A stretch of DNA of 64,000 nt from Chiloscyllium plagiosum (GCF_004010195.1 NC_057728.1:51523400-51587399), one strand, 5' to 3'; positions 12,074-24,812 are shown, numbered from the stretch's first letter. The notes: a model not told the origin generated them from the sequence alone. Numbers and translations are program-made.

Positions 12074-13334
12074 TCATTCCAAGAACCAATTTAATGACTA
12101 CATTGTACTGCCTCCAATCAATGAGTTAAAAAATGTGACATATTGGAGAAAGGGAATAATTAAGTATGATCCAACTGTGATCACTTCTTCAATTTCAGCT
12201 GAAAGGCAGAGACTCAAAAAACATCCAGGGAATCTGTCGATTGAGCTTTTATGAAGTATTGAAGTTCAAATAAAATGAACACTGTAATGACTATGTTCAA
12301 TCCACAGTTTATTGAAGAGACACTCTTTTTGATGTGTACTGTGGTCATCACAATAGAAACTGCTCAGAGATGCCTCACCTTGTCTGTTTCTGTTGTCCAT
12401 GAGGACGGTCCATCATTTAATTTGCACTCATTGTCAGTTTTGCTCAGACAGGTTTCCAACTCCTTCTTGACAGATCTTCATCATCTTCATTTTAAATCGA
12501 AGCCCAGCATTCAGCTCCTGGGGCTGTTAATGTCTTCTCTGCTGTACTGGCACCTAAATTGAAAAGCCAGTCATCAGAACTCTGCCTGACAATTTTCACT
12601 AGCTCAGTGGGAGACCAAATACAGGAACGAGATGTTGACAGCTCAGTAGAGAAGATAGATTATTTTAAATTTTTAGTCACGTGTTGCAGCGGGTTCTTCA
12701 GTCGATCAAGCCTCTTTGGTTACGGCCAGGTGAGGAGGGGTAATCAGCTCCACTTCCTTGTCTCCCTCCCTCAATCGGTGGCAACAAATATATTTAATTA
12801 CTTTATTTGCATACATGCTATCACTCTTCAATTAATAAGTAATTTGTTAGAAAATGAAGGAAGCAATTAACAAGATTTTCTAAGGTGAAAGATAAAGGAA
12901 CTTTGTGATATACTAATCCTGAAAAAAAAATGAAACTGCAATGTCAAACGCATGCAGAACACAGGTAAAATGTTTGAAAGGGAGAGCACATGATTTAGAT
13001 AGGGAAAAATAATGCTCACATAGTTAAACAGTCCTTAGAGTTGTTGAGGCATTAGCTTCTTAACCTGAGATGAAAGCTGTTTAATGGTTGATTTATATCT
13101 CAATGATAGCAGAATTTGTAGATATCATTGCATTCTGAATGAATGAATAATTGTTTTCACAATTTGATTTCTCATTGGGTGTGTATTCTGAGATTTTAAA
13201 AAAAGACATGCAGAGAGAGGGTTCTTGTGACAAATTAGTTTTTCCTTTCCTTTCCTTTGCTCTGTTGCTGAGGAAGCCTGGAGGAAGAGTGCATCATCTT
13301 CCACCTAGGAACCCTCCAACCACAAGGGATGAAT

Positions 13335-13697
13335 GCAGATTTCTCCAGCTTCCTCATTTCCCCTCCCCTCACCTTACCTCAGTCCCAACCCTCGGACTCA
13401 GCACCGCCTTCTTGACCTGCAATCTTCTTCCCGACCTCTCCGCCCCCACCCCCACTCCGGCCTATCACCCTCACCTTAACCTACTTCCACCTATCGCATT
13501 CCCATTGCCCCTCCCCAAGTCCCTTCTCCCTACCTTTTATCTTAGCCTGTTTGGCACATCCTCCTCATTCCTGAAGAAGGGCTTATGCCCGAAACGTCGA
13601 TTCTCCTGCTCCCTGGATTCTGCCTGACCTGCTGCGCTTTTCCAGCAACACATTTTTCAGCTCTGATCTCCAGCATCTGCAGTCCTCACTTTCTCCT
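13335..13697 (+). mobile_element. PLE 3' segment (family A)
   Basis: C-rich 3' region followed by the hammerhead and the shared terminal sequence. Confidence 0.8.
13571..13598 (+). ncRNA. Minimal hammerhead ribozyme motif (family A)
   Basis: CTGAAGA-A-GGGC TTAT GCCC-GAAAC-GTC with an intact core. Confidence 0.65.
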
Positions 13698-13767
13698 ACA
13701 CTTCCAAATACCCCACTTATATTACTTGCAAGGATACATTGCATGTGTTCAACTTTATACATTAGCG

Positions 13768-14138
13768 AATCATCATAGAATCCCCACAGTGTGGAATCAG
13801 GCCATTCAGTCTATCAAGCCCACACCACCACTCCAAAGAGCATCCCATCCACACTCCCCCCCCCTCCACCCCACCCTATCCCTGTAACCATGCATTTCCC
13901 CAGGCTAACCCATCTAGCCTGCACATCCCTGGACACTATGGGCAATTTAGCATGGCCAATCCACCTAACATGCACATATTTGGACTGTGGGAGGAAACCG
14001 GAGCACCCAGAGGAAACTCACGTAGACACAGGGAGAACATGCAAACTCCGCACCGACAGTCACACAAACCTGGAATTGAACCCGGATTCCTGGTGCTGTG
14101 AGGCAGCACTTATAGCCACTGAGTCACCTTGCTGCCCC
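13768..14138 (-). mobile_element. HE1-type V-SINE
   Basis: Head, V-domain and tail on the minus strand. Confidence 0.85.
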
Positions 14139-14711
14139 TACTGTGCATCTGATATATCTTCAATTTTCCTCAACTGAGGATTCCACACAGCTGTAGTTAG
14201 AAAAGACCATGTTCAATCCATGTCACGTTCATCCACTCAAACCCACCACCCCTCCTTTTCCAGAATAATGATATATTCCCCTTGTTGTCCTCAGCTTTCA
14301 CCCCACCAAATCAAGCTTAACAGAGCCTCACTTTCAACTTGCACCTTGTTTTTGTTTCAGTCTCTGTCTTTAATGCTTAAATAGCCCATAGCCACCACAA
14401 TGTCTGAGGGGAGGATGTACCACATCCCCAGGATCTTATGTTTGATGAAATGTTTCCTGATATCACCTCTGAGCAGTCGTGCTCTATTTATAATGTTATA
14501 TGCCTTTGGTCTGGGCATTGCTGGTCAGAATGTCTCTCTGTCTACCCTAATCTCCTAAGCATGATGGTAGAATGAGTGTTCCAAATGAAAGGGAATGCCA
14601 TGTATGTTTTTGCAACCCATTCCCATAATTATCTCAGTAATTCTCCCTGTATAATTCACACCATTTCCGAATTGTTGTGCTCAGAACTGAACACAGTCCA
14701 ATTGATTACAG

Positions 14712-15362
14712 GAGATGGTGGTGTCATGGTAATGTCACTGCAATAGCTATCCAGCTTGGGGGATGTGGGTTCAAATGGTTAAATTTAAATATTAGAAAAC
14801 TGCGAATAAAGAATTGTCGTAATGATGTTGGTGAAGCATGGGGAGGCAATGGCTTAGTGGTATTATTGCTGGACTGTTAATCCAGAGACCCTGGTTTGAA
14901 TCCAGAAATGGGAGATGATGGAATTTGAATTCAATAAATATCCAGAATTAAGAATCTAATGAAAATCATGAATCCATTGTCAATTGTCAGGAAAATCCCA
15001 CCTGATTCACCAATGGCCTTGGGGGAAGGAAACGGCCATCCTTACCTGGACTGGTCCACATGTGACTCCAGACCCACAGCAATGTAGCTGCCTCTTAACT
15101 ACTCACTCAGTATTTAAAGGTGTCAATAAATACCGGCCTCATCAGCGATGCCTTCATCCCATGAATGAATTTTTTTAAAAAAATTCATTCATGGGATTAA
15201 GAACCAATCTGACACACTAATTTCCTTTAGGGAAAGAAATATGCCATCCTTACCTGGTCTGGCTTACATATTACTCTAGATTCATGGGAATCTGGCTAAT
15301 TAAGGATGGGCAGTAAATGTTGACAGCCAATGATGCCCACACTATTTGACTGGATAAAACAA
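14712..15362 (+). mobile_element. Nested SINE-B copies (a copy at about 14840-15180 inside an older one)
   Basis: Two heads (about 14715 and 14840) and two tails (about 15120-15175 and 15295-15360). Confidence 0.7.
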
Positions 15363-15466
15363 AAGTGGTCACTTCAAAGGGTTCTGTATATCTGAAGCAT
15401 TGTTCCTCCCATTCACAGTGAGCCCTCCTGAGGTAACATTACTCTTATTACTCCCTTTACACATAG

Positions 15467-17265
15467 ATCAGTGAACTTACCACCCCACTAGGGTACATAC
15501 TCAGTGAACTTACCACCCCACTGGGGTACATACTCAGTGAACTTACCCCCCACTGGGGTACATACTCAGTGAACTTACCCCCCACTGGGGTACATACTCA
15601 GCGAACTTACTCCCCACTGAGGTACATACTCAGTGAACTTACCCCCCACTGGGGTACATACTCAGTGAACTTATCCCCCCACTGGGGTACATACTCAGTG
15701 AACTTACCCCCCACTGGGGTACATACTCAGTGAACTTACCCCCCACTGGGGTACATACTCAGCAAACTTACCCCCCCACCGGGGTACATACTCAGTGAAC
15801 TTACCCCCCACTGGGGTACATACTCAGCGAACTTACTCCCCACTGAGGTACATACTCAGTGAACTTACCCCCCACTGGAGTACACACTCAGTGAATTTAT
15901 TCCCCACTGGGGGATACATTCACTGAATTTACTCCCTACTAGAGTGCGCACTCAGTGAATGTACCCCCCACTGGGGTACACAATGATTTTAACCCCTGCT
16001 GGACTACACATTCAGTGAATTTACTCCTCACTGGAGTACACACTCAGTGAATTTATTCCCCACCGGGGTACCTCTCAGTGAATTTACTCCCCATTGGGGT
16101 ACACACTCAGTGAATTTACTCCCCACTGGGGTACACACTCAGTGAATTTACCCTCCACTGGGGTACACACTGTGAAAATTTACTCCTCTGGAGTACACAC
16201 CCAGTGAACTTACTCCCTACTGGAGTACACACTCAGTGAATCTACCCCCCACTGGGGTACACACTCAGTGAATTTACCCTCCACTGGGGTACACACTCAG
16301 TGAATTTACTCCTCACTGGAGTATACACTCAGTGAATTTACCCCCCACTGGGGTTCACAGTGAATTTACCCCCCACTGGAGTACACACTCAGTGAATTTA
16401 CCCCCCACTGGGGTACACACTCAGTGAATTTACCCCCCACTGGGGTACACACTCAGTGAATGTACTCCCCACTGGAGTACACACTCAGTGAATTTACCCC
16501 CCACTGGGGTACACACTGTGAACTTACACCCCACTGGAGTACACACTCAGTGAACTAACCCTCCACTGGGATACACACTCAGTGAATGTACCCCCCACTG
16601 GAGTACACACTCAATGAATTTACCCCCCACTGGGGTTCACAGTGAATTTACCCCCAACTGGAGTACACACTCAGTGAACTTACCCCCCACTGGGGTACAC
16701 ACTGTGAACCTACTCCCCACTGGGGTACACACTCAGTGAATTTACCCCCTACTGGGGTACACACTCAGTGAATTTAACCCCCACTGGGGTACACACTCAG
16801 TGAATTTACCCCCCACTGGGGTACACAGTGAATTTACCCCCCATTGGGGTACACACTCAGTAAATGTACCTCTCACCGGGGTACACACTCAGTGAATTTA
16901 CCCCCCACCAGGGTACACACTCAGTGAATTTACCCTCCACTGGGGTATACAGTGAATTTACCCCCCCATTGGGGTACACACTCAGTAAATGTACCTCTCA
17001 CCGGGGTACACACTCAGTGAATTTACCCCCCACCAGGGTACACACTCAGTGAATTTACCCCCAACTGGGGTTCACAGTGAATTTACCCCCACTGGGGTAC
17101 ACACTCAGTAAATTTACCCCCCACTGGTGTTCACAGTGAATTTACCCCCTCTGGTGTGCGCACTCAGTGAATTTGCCCTCCCACTGGGGTACACACTCAG
17201 TGAATTTGCCCTCCCACTGGGGTACACACTCAGTGAATTTACCCCAGCTGGAGTACACACTCACT
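15467..17265. repeat. 32-bp minisatellite, roughly 55 units, consensus ACTCAGTGAA(C/T)TTACCCCCCACTGGGGTACA(T/C)
   Basis: Direct 32-bp periodicity (e.g. ACTTACCC at 15541 and 15573). Confidence 0.97.
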
Positions 17266-18237
17266 GAGGTGGAGGCAATGAAGGAAATTGGACTGGCATT
17301 TAGGAGAATAACCTTGCAGGGATGGATTGGGCGGATTGGGACTGATTGGTTTGCTGTACCTGCTCAGTTGTCTCCCTCTCTACTGCAGTGACTGTTTGGC
17401 ATGCTGTTACATGTGCCCTGAAATATTGGACAGAATAGGTTGCAGCAATTATATTTGTGTGCGAGGAAGGATTCATTGCAGTGATGGAATCCATACCTTC
17501 AGTTGTGGCTTCCAACTCCCAGCATAACTGCCCCGGTGATTGACAGATTGGACAATTGATTTCGTCCTTGTGGCTGCCCCTATGCATTATACATTCATGG
17601 GTCTGCATGGACCCTCAGTTATAGGATGTGCCCAAGCACAGGATGGGATAGCAAAGCTCTCCCTTTGTCTCTGACAGCAACTTAATAGGCATAGGGCAGG
17701 GAATTCACACATCAGCTTGAATTGGAGCTGCCAACATATTGATGTCGCTCAGCAAAGATCTACAACAGCACAAACAGACAACACATGAATAATTCACACA
17801 CACGTTGGAGGTAATAAAGGCAGCCAACGTTATGATCAAATATTGAACATCTAACTTCAAGTTCTGAATAAAACAAAGGTGCAATTTTGAACATGGTAAC
17901 TCCAGATGGAGACATCTGTTTAGCAGTTAAAGTGTCATTGAGTAACAAATCTAAGCTGCACCTTTTTAATAATATACTCTAATATCTCAATGAACGATCG
18001 AAAATGAACAAAACAGGTTATTCTCGTATTTATATCGGTCTCAAAAATAAAATCCCGAAGAATACCAGACATGGCAATTCACATTGTGCAGTGACTGCTT
18101 TTATATCACCATGACAACCGGAATGTGAGCAGGATGATCCCACAAGCAGCAATGAGAACAATCTACTTGTAGGTTAGCAGGAAAACCACTGGCTCCCTTT
18201 AGAATAGCCACATAGCATCTGGCTTGGCCTCTCATGT

Positions 18238-18950
18238 CAGCCATGGCTCAGTGCAGTGTCACAATGCCCTAGGTTCAAGTCCAATTCCATGGCTGCTATA
18301 GCAGGGCAGTATCGAGGGAGTACTGTACTGTCAGAAATATTCTGCATAGGATGGAGGTCCCAACTTGGTGATTAGATTAGATTCCCTACAGTGTGGAAAC
18401 AGGCCCCTCAGCCCAACAAGTCCACACAGACCCTCCGTAAGAGTAACCCACGCAGACGCATTTCCCTCTGACTAATGCACCTAACACTATGGATAATTTA
18501 GAATGGCCAATTCACCTGACCTGCACATCTTTGGACTGTGGGAGGAAACCGGAGCACCCGGAGGAAACCCACACAGACACGGGGAGAATGTGCAAACTCC
18601 ACCCAGACAGTCACCCGAGGCTGGAATTGAACCTGGGACCCTGGCGCTGTGAGGCAGCAGTGCTAACCACTGAGCCACCGTGCAGCCCTAAAAGATCACA
18701 TGGTGCTTGTAAAAGATCACATGGTGCTAGTTTGGAGAACAGCAGGAGTGCCATTCCTAGTGCTGTTACCTGTATACATTGCCAGCATCACTAAAAAAAA
18801 ACAAATTGTCATGTTGTAATCATACCCTTGTTTGTGGGATCCTGCTGTGCACAAGTTGGCTGCTGTTTTCTCCATTACAACAGTGACCACATTTCAAGTA
18901 TGACTCCAGTGATTTGGTTTGTCGTGGGGTCATGCAAAATGTTGCAGGAA
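18238..18950 (+). mobile_element. Deu-domain SINE (SacSINE1-like) split by an HE1 insertion
   Basis: tRNA-like head at about 18240-18290; Deu-like TGTGGGATCCTGCTGTGCACAAGTTGGCTGCTGTTTTC...TTACAACAGTGAC at about 18833-18890. Confidence 0.7.
18370..18688 (-). mobile_element. HE1-type V-SINE
   Basis: Complete element on the minus strand. Confidence 0.9.
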
Positions 18951-19016
18951 TTTCACTGTATGGTTCCTCTTTCTTACACCAAATGCTGTTTCAATGATCT
19001 GTCACGTGACATTAGT

Positions 19017-19183
19017 GGGCAACACGGTGGCACAGTGGTTAGCACTGCTGCCTCACAGTGCCAGAGACCCGGGTTCAATTCCCGCCTCAGGTGACTGACT
19101 GTGTGGAGTTTGCACATTCTTCGGTGGGTCAGTGTGGACTTGTTGGGCCAAAGGGCCTGCTTCCACACTGTAAGTAATCTAAT
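19017..19183 (+). mobile_element. HE1-type V-SINE with an internal deletion
   Basis: Head joined directly to the tail at TTCTTCGG. Confidence 0.85.
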
Positions 19184-19458
19184 ATAATTTTGTTTAGGTA
19201 TAAGGTAAAAGCGCCATAGTCCCAGAGGGCCATAGGGCTACTCTCTTACTAATGAGAGATGACTGGTGGTGGTTTAACCTGAGGGTCAACAATCCTCAGG
19301 AGAGGAGCTGGGAGTTGAAGCCTGGGACAGATCTGTCATGATCTTGTTGAAGAAAGGGGCAGGCTTGAGGGGCCTGATTTTCCATCCTTGCCCCCACCAT
19401 TTCTTATGTCTGCAAACATGGCCATGTGTCCTATTTTTTTTTCTCTCTTCACACTCAC

Positions 19459-19678
19459 CCTTTGGCCTTTCTAGCTTTAACTTCTGCACCCAGTTTGAGC
19501 TCGTCGAAGACGGTGAGGATTGTTTCAAGCCTTTGAGATGTCCCAAGGGAATGAAAGGTGCTGGAGATAGATGTTTCTTCTTTCTTTCATAGCGTATAGT
19601 TGGAGAATGGAGAAGTGGGCTATTTAGTTTTGGAGAATCACTGACCATTGACCCAATAAGGACTACACACCCCATTTT
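19459..19678 (-). other. Candidate exon (220 bp) of an unidentified transcript
   Basis: Acceptor TCCTTACAG|AAAATG, strong donor AAGG|GTGAGT, open frame throughout (KMGCVVLIG...KLERPK), no obvious repeat match. Confidence 0.3.
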
Positions 19679-19761
19679 CTGTAAGGACTCTAATCCATTC
19701 TCCCAGTTTCTCCAACTATTTTTTCATCGGTTCTGATGATACAAAGTTCCATACCAACAAT

Positions 19762-20063
19762 GGGGTGGCACGATGGCTCAGTGGTTAGCAGTACTGCCTC
19801 ACGGTCCCTGGTTCGATTCCAGCCTCGGGCAACTCTCTGTGTGGAGTTTGCACCTTCTCCCTGTGTCTGCGTGGGTTTCCTCCAGGTGCTCCCACAGTCC
19901 AAAGATGTGCAGGTCAGGTGAATTGGCCATGCTTAAATTGCCTATGGTGTTATTTGCATTATTCAGAGGGAAATGGGACTGAGTGGGTTACTCTTCGGAG
20001 GGTCAGTGTGGACTTGTTGGGCCAAAGGGCCTGTTTCCACACTGTAGGTAATCTAATCTAATC
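19762..20063 (+). mobile_element. HE1-type V-SINE
   Basis: Complete element with (TAATC)n tail. Confidence 0.9.
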
Positions 20064-20159
20064 TGCTGTCTCTCCCTTTCTTCTGGACCAAGGTTTCTCT
20101 GTCCCTATGGGTACAGGGCGATGGTCTGTATTGGTCATATTTCCCAAATCTGTTCTTTC

Positions 20160-20500
20160 TCAGGGCTGGAGAGACTGGATGCAGGGAGGATGCTTCCCTG
20201 GTTGCTTACCAGGGGTGGCTGTCTCAAAGTACAGAGTAGGTTATTTAAGACTGAGATGAGGAAACATTCCTTCACTCAGAGGGTGGTAAATCTGTGGAAT
20301 TCACCACCAGAGGAGGCTGTGGAGGTCAGATCACTCAGTACATTCAGGAAAGAGACCGATAAGCTTTTAGATATTAAGGGCATCAAGAGGTATGGGAAGA
20401 AAGCAGGAAAATGGCAATGAGATAGAGAATCAGCTCTGATCATATTGAACGGTGGAGCAGCCTTGAAGGGCCAAGTGGCCTTTTAGTGCTCCTAATTTCT
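20160..20500 (+). mobile_element. CR1 3' fragment
   Basis: ORF GLERLDAGRMLP...SFTQRVVNLWNS. Confidence 0.75.
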
Positions 20501-20814
20501 ACTTTCTCCTTCTTCTCCCTCCTGAACCGTTGAAGTTTTCCCCTTGACCTCACTTCTGACTTCGCCAACCTTTATTTTCAAAAGGTCACCTTCTGCCATT
20601 TTCACCACGTCAAATGGAATATCACTTGTCACACCTTCCCCTCCCCTTTCCAGCATTCTCCCTGTGACATCCTGTTCCACCCCTCAATTAATCCCAAAAA
20701 TCCCTCCACCTCGTACACCACTTTCTCTTACAAATGTAAGAGATGCCATAATTGTTCTTCTGTCACCTGCCTCCCCACCTTCTAAAGACCCAGTGGAACA
20801 GTAATCTATGTAAA

Positions 20815-21090
20815 AAGAAAAAAAAAACTGCAGATGTTGGAAATCCAACACAAAAACAGAAATTGCTGGGAAAACTCAGCAGGTCTGGCAACACCTGTAG
20901 GGAGAAAGCAAAGTTAATGTTTCGGGTCCAGTGACCCTTCTTCAGAACTGATTGTAGTTAGGAAAAGGTTGTTATGGATGCGGGAGAAGGGTTGGGGGAT
21001 GGAGAAAGGGTAAACAATTAGTGAAGGTGGAGCCTAGAGAGAGAGAACAAGACTTGAGCAGACAAAGGAATGGGTATTGGGCATTCTGGG
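20815..21090 (-). mobile_element. PLE 3' segment (family B)
   Basis: Terminal sequence related to 47750-47945 and 61125-61260; carries a hammerhead. Confidence 0.75.
20912..20949 (-). ncRNA. Minimal hammerhead ribozyme motif (family B)
   Basis: Minus strand AGTT-CTGAAGA-A-GGGTC ACTG GACCC-GAAAC-ATT-AACT; helix I AGTT/AACT is perfect. Confidence 0.65.
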
Positions 21091-21450
21091 ACTTCTTAAA
21101 ATTATTTTAATTGTTTGATATGACTGACTATTTTGCTAAGGCCATTTCAGAGGACACTTAAGAGCCAAGTTTGGATTTACATGTAGACCAGAGCAGGAAG
21201 GAAAGGCAGATTTTCTTCCCTAAAGAACAAATGAGTGTTTTACAACAGTTAATAATGGTTTGATGGTCATCGTTAGAGACTTCTATTCACGATGTGGTCT
21301 GAACCACACCAGCGAGACCATAGGTGATACATTGCAGACTTGCTCTGTCCCTAAGCATGATTCTGAGCACCCAGGCACATGACAGTTTAGCTGTCTACCC
21401 TGACCTCTCCGTCTTCAGTCTGCAGAGTTCCATTGAAACTCAACAGAGCT

Positions 21451-22936
21451 TTTCATAAACAACCTGGATTCGGGCGTAGAAGGGTGGGTTAGTAAATTTG
21501 CAGACGACCCTAAGGTCGGTGGAGTTGTGGATAGTGACGAAGGATGTTGTAGGTTACAGAGAGCCATAGATAAGCTGCAGAGCTGGGCTGAGAGGTGGCA
21601 AATGGAGTTTAATGGGTACAAGTATGAGGTGATTTAGAACATAGAACATAGAACAATACAGCACAGAACAGGCCCTTCGGCCCACGATGTTGTGCCGAAC
21701 ATTTGTCCTAGCTTAAGCACCCATCCATATACCTATCCAATTGCCACTTAAAGTTCACCAATGATTCTGACTCTGCCACTCCCACAGGCAGCGCATTCCA
21801 TGCCCCCACCACTCTCTGGGTAAAGAACCTACCCCTGACATCTCCCCTATACCTTCCACCCTTCACCTTAAATTAATGTCCCCTTGTAACAATCTGTTGT
21901 ACATGGGGAAAAAGTTTCTGATTGTCTACTCTATCTATTTCCCTGATCATCTTATACACCTCTATCAAGTCACCCCTCATCCTTCTCCGTTCCAATGAGA
22001 AAAGGCCTAGCACGCTCAACCTATCCTCGTACGACCTATTCTCCATTCCAGGCAACATCCTGGTAAATCTTCTCTGCACCCTCCCCAAAGCTTCCACATC
22101 TTTCCTAAAATGAGGCGACCAGAACTGCACACAGTACTCCAAATGTGGCCTAACCAAAGTCCTGTACAGCTGTAACATCACCTCACGACTCTTGAATTCA
22201 ATCCCTCTGCTAATGAACGCTAATACACCATAGGCCCTCTTACAAGCTCTATNNNNNNNNNNNNNNNNNNNNNNNNNNNNNNNNNNNNNNNNNNNNNNNN
22301 NNNNNNNNNNNNNNNNNNNNNNNNNNNNNNNNNTTTATTAATAGAGGGATCGAGTTCCGGAACCAGGAGGTTATGCTGCAGCTGTACAAAGCTCTGGTAC
22401 GGCCACACTTGGAGTATTGTGTACAGTTCTGGTCACCGCATTATAAGAAGGATGTGGAAGCTTTGGAAAGGGTGCAGAGAAGATTTACTAGGATGTTGCC
22501 TGGTATGGAGAGAAGGTCTTATGAGGAAAGGCTGAGGGACTTGATGCTGTTTTCGTTAGAGAGAAGAAGGTTGAGAGGTAACTTAATAGAGACATATAAG
22601 ATAATCAGAGGGTTAGATAGGGTGGACAGGGAGAGCCTTTTTCCAAGTATGGTGACGGCAAAAACGAGGGGGCATAGCTTTAAATTGAGGGGTGATAGAT
22701 ATAGGGCAGATGTCATTGGTAGTTTCTTTACTCAGAGAGTAGTAAGGGTATGGAATGCTTTGCCTGCAACTTTAGTAGATTCGCCAACTTTAAGTACATT
22801 TAAGTCGTCATTGGACAAGCATATGGACATACATGGAATAGTGTAAGTTAGGTGGGCTTCAAATTGGTATGACAGGTCGGCGCAACATCGAGGGCTGAAG
22901 GGCCTGTACTGCGCTGTAATGTTCTATGTTCTATGT
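21451..22936 (+). mobile_element. 5'-truncated CR1 with a 6-bp TSD, containing a nested antisense CR1 and an assembly gap
   Basis: AGAGCT at 21445-21450 and 22937-22942; ORF 22373-22846 is a CR1 RT C-terminus; (TTCTATG)n tail. Confidence 0.85.
21635..22252 (-). mobile_element. Nested CR1 3' fragment
   Basis: ORF 21873-22181(-) LYRTLVRPHLEYCVQFWSP; tail repeats at 21635-21655. Confidence 0.9.
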
Positions 22937-22944
22937 AGAGCTCA

Positions 22945-23010
22945 AGGACAGGCAGACCATTTCCCGAGGACAGGCAGACCATTTCCTGAGGACAGGCAGA
23001 CCATTTCTCG
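22945..23010. repeat. Three tandem 22-bp units (AGGACAGGCAGACCATTTCCCG)
   Basis: Direct reading. Confidence 0.9.
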
Positions 23011-24502
23011 ACTAAACACTTCTTTTGGACAAAACATCGAGCTCAACAATTTCAGGCAGTAAGCCCAGCTTTTTGTTTGATGAAAGTTATGACTCTGTTT
23101 ACCAATTTACAACTCCTCTAAACACATCCTTCATTTCTTTACTTGTCCCTTTGTCACCATTATTTGGCTTTCACTATAACGCTTTTTGTCATTTAATCTC
23201 TTTTACCCTCCAAGCTATCAGAGAGTTAAGCTTTGTCCTCCCTTTCCACCCCCTGCTGCCCCCAACTCAAAACCTCCTACGTCCCAAACCCCACTATATA
23301 AACATGTCAACTTTCCCCTGTCTGTCTTAAAAGCTATTACACCTCTAACCTACATGAATTCTGATGGGAGGTCTTTGGTGTGAAATGTTAACCGTGTTTC
23401 TCTGGACACTGATGCTGTCAGGTATGCCAAGGTTTTCTGAAGCTTCCAATTGGCTAGGAGCCAATTCTGAACTGTGGTTGTAGACTAATTTCCCCAGCTC
23501 AGTATTTATAAATGGATAGCTCAATCAGCAAGGAAACAATGGGCTGAATGGCCTCTTTCTAGGTGGCAAACCTTCATGATTAACCTGAGTTGGATCTTGT
23601 TTTGATATTGTTCAGTCCCCATTCTTCCAAGTTCTGGATTCGCTGACACTGACTGGAAGAGTTCTCAGACGGAAAGAGTTCTCTTCACATTTGATATACA
23701 GCTCATCATATCGGGCTCACACAACAGCTGCAATCTTTTGACAAGCATCTTTATTGACTTTTACTAAATTATACATTTTCGGAATTGTAAATGAGTCCAT
23801 CTATCATTGTCGGGATAATCAAATCTCAGGCGAGCACTGAGAGGACAGATTATTACCGAGTTTATAACTTCATAATCTGCTTTTGCACTGCACTTCATTT
23901 GCTGCCATACTTAATCTTGTCACATTGTAATGTAATACACAATGATGTATATGTCTCAGTTTGCAATCCAGAAACTTCCTTAAATTGTAATGCTAATACA
24001 TGCAGAATGGGACAATTCTGAGAAATGCATTATTAAAGATTTTGCATTTTTTATAGACCCCAATATTAAATTACATTTCTGCAGGTCTCTGTGCATGGGG
24101 CTTGTTTTTCCAGTTTGCAAATTTTTTAAAAAATGCATAAATTACTCACCGATTTATTAAAACAATAATAGATATGAGGCAAGCAAGAGATCTTCACTGA
24201 TATCCCATCCAGGAAAGATATTGGGACATTAATGAACAACTTGGCAAAGGGGAAAGACATTTTGGCCAAGGTATAAAAATCCAGACAGAATCTTTTGAAA
24301 TTTTGATGAAGGAAAAAAGCACTCTGCATGCTTCCTCCCTTATTTTGCAAGTTCCTACCTCAAAAAGTACAATTTAGATCCGTGCACACCTTTAACATAA
24401 TAAAATATCTCAAGGCAGTTTCACAGGAACGTTACAAAACAAAGTGTGACATTGAGACACATAAGAGGATATGACAGCAAATGGCTGAATGCTTGGTCAA
24501 AG

Positions 24503-24812
24503 AGATTCCCTACAGTGTGGAAACAGGCCCTTCGGCCCAACAAGTCCACACCAACCCTCCGAAGAGCAACCCACCCAGACCCATTCCCCTACATTCACCC
24601 CTGACTAATGCACCTAACACTACGGGAAATTTAGCATGGCCAATTCACCTGACCTGCACATCTTTGGACTGTGGGACGAAACCGGAACACCCGGAGGAAA
24701 TCCACGCAGACACGGGGAGAACGTGCAAACTCCACCCAGACAGTTGCCCGAGGCGGGAATTGAACCCAGGTCCCGTGAAGCAGCGGTACCATACACTGAG
24801 CCACCGTGCCAC
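24503..24812 (-). mobile_element. HE1-type V-SINE
   Basis: Family match. Confidence 0.88.

Noticed and set aside
13791..14177. Recurrent ORFs such as GNLAWPIHLTCTSLDCGRKPEHPEETH
   Set aside because: Antisense translations of HE1 SINEs, not a protein family.
16160..17140. V(D)J recombination signal heptamers (CACAGTG/CACTGTG) in minisatellite variants
   Set aside because: They arise from short deletions within the unit; no nonamer at 12 or 23 bp spacing and no Ig/TCR segments were seen.
15467..17265. CRISPR-like array (32-bp palindromic repeats)
   Set aside because: Units are directly adjacent with no unique spacers, there are no cas genes, and the context is vertebrate.
17327..17527. Cys-rich, secreted-peptide-like ORF (GGLGLIGLLYLLSCLPLYCSDCLACC...)
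   Set aside because: Starts at a non-ATG codon, shows no recognisable cysteine framework and has no convincing splice context; probably a chance ORF.
21451..22936. Large inverted repeat suggesting a DNA transposon
   Set aside because: Explained by an antisense CR1 nested in a sense CR1 with its own TSD; the copies are diverged and one junction lies in an N gap.
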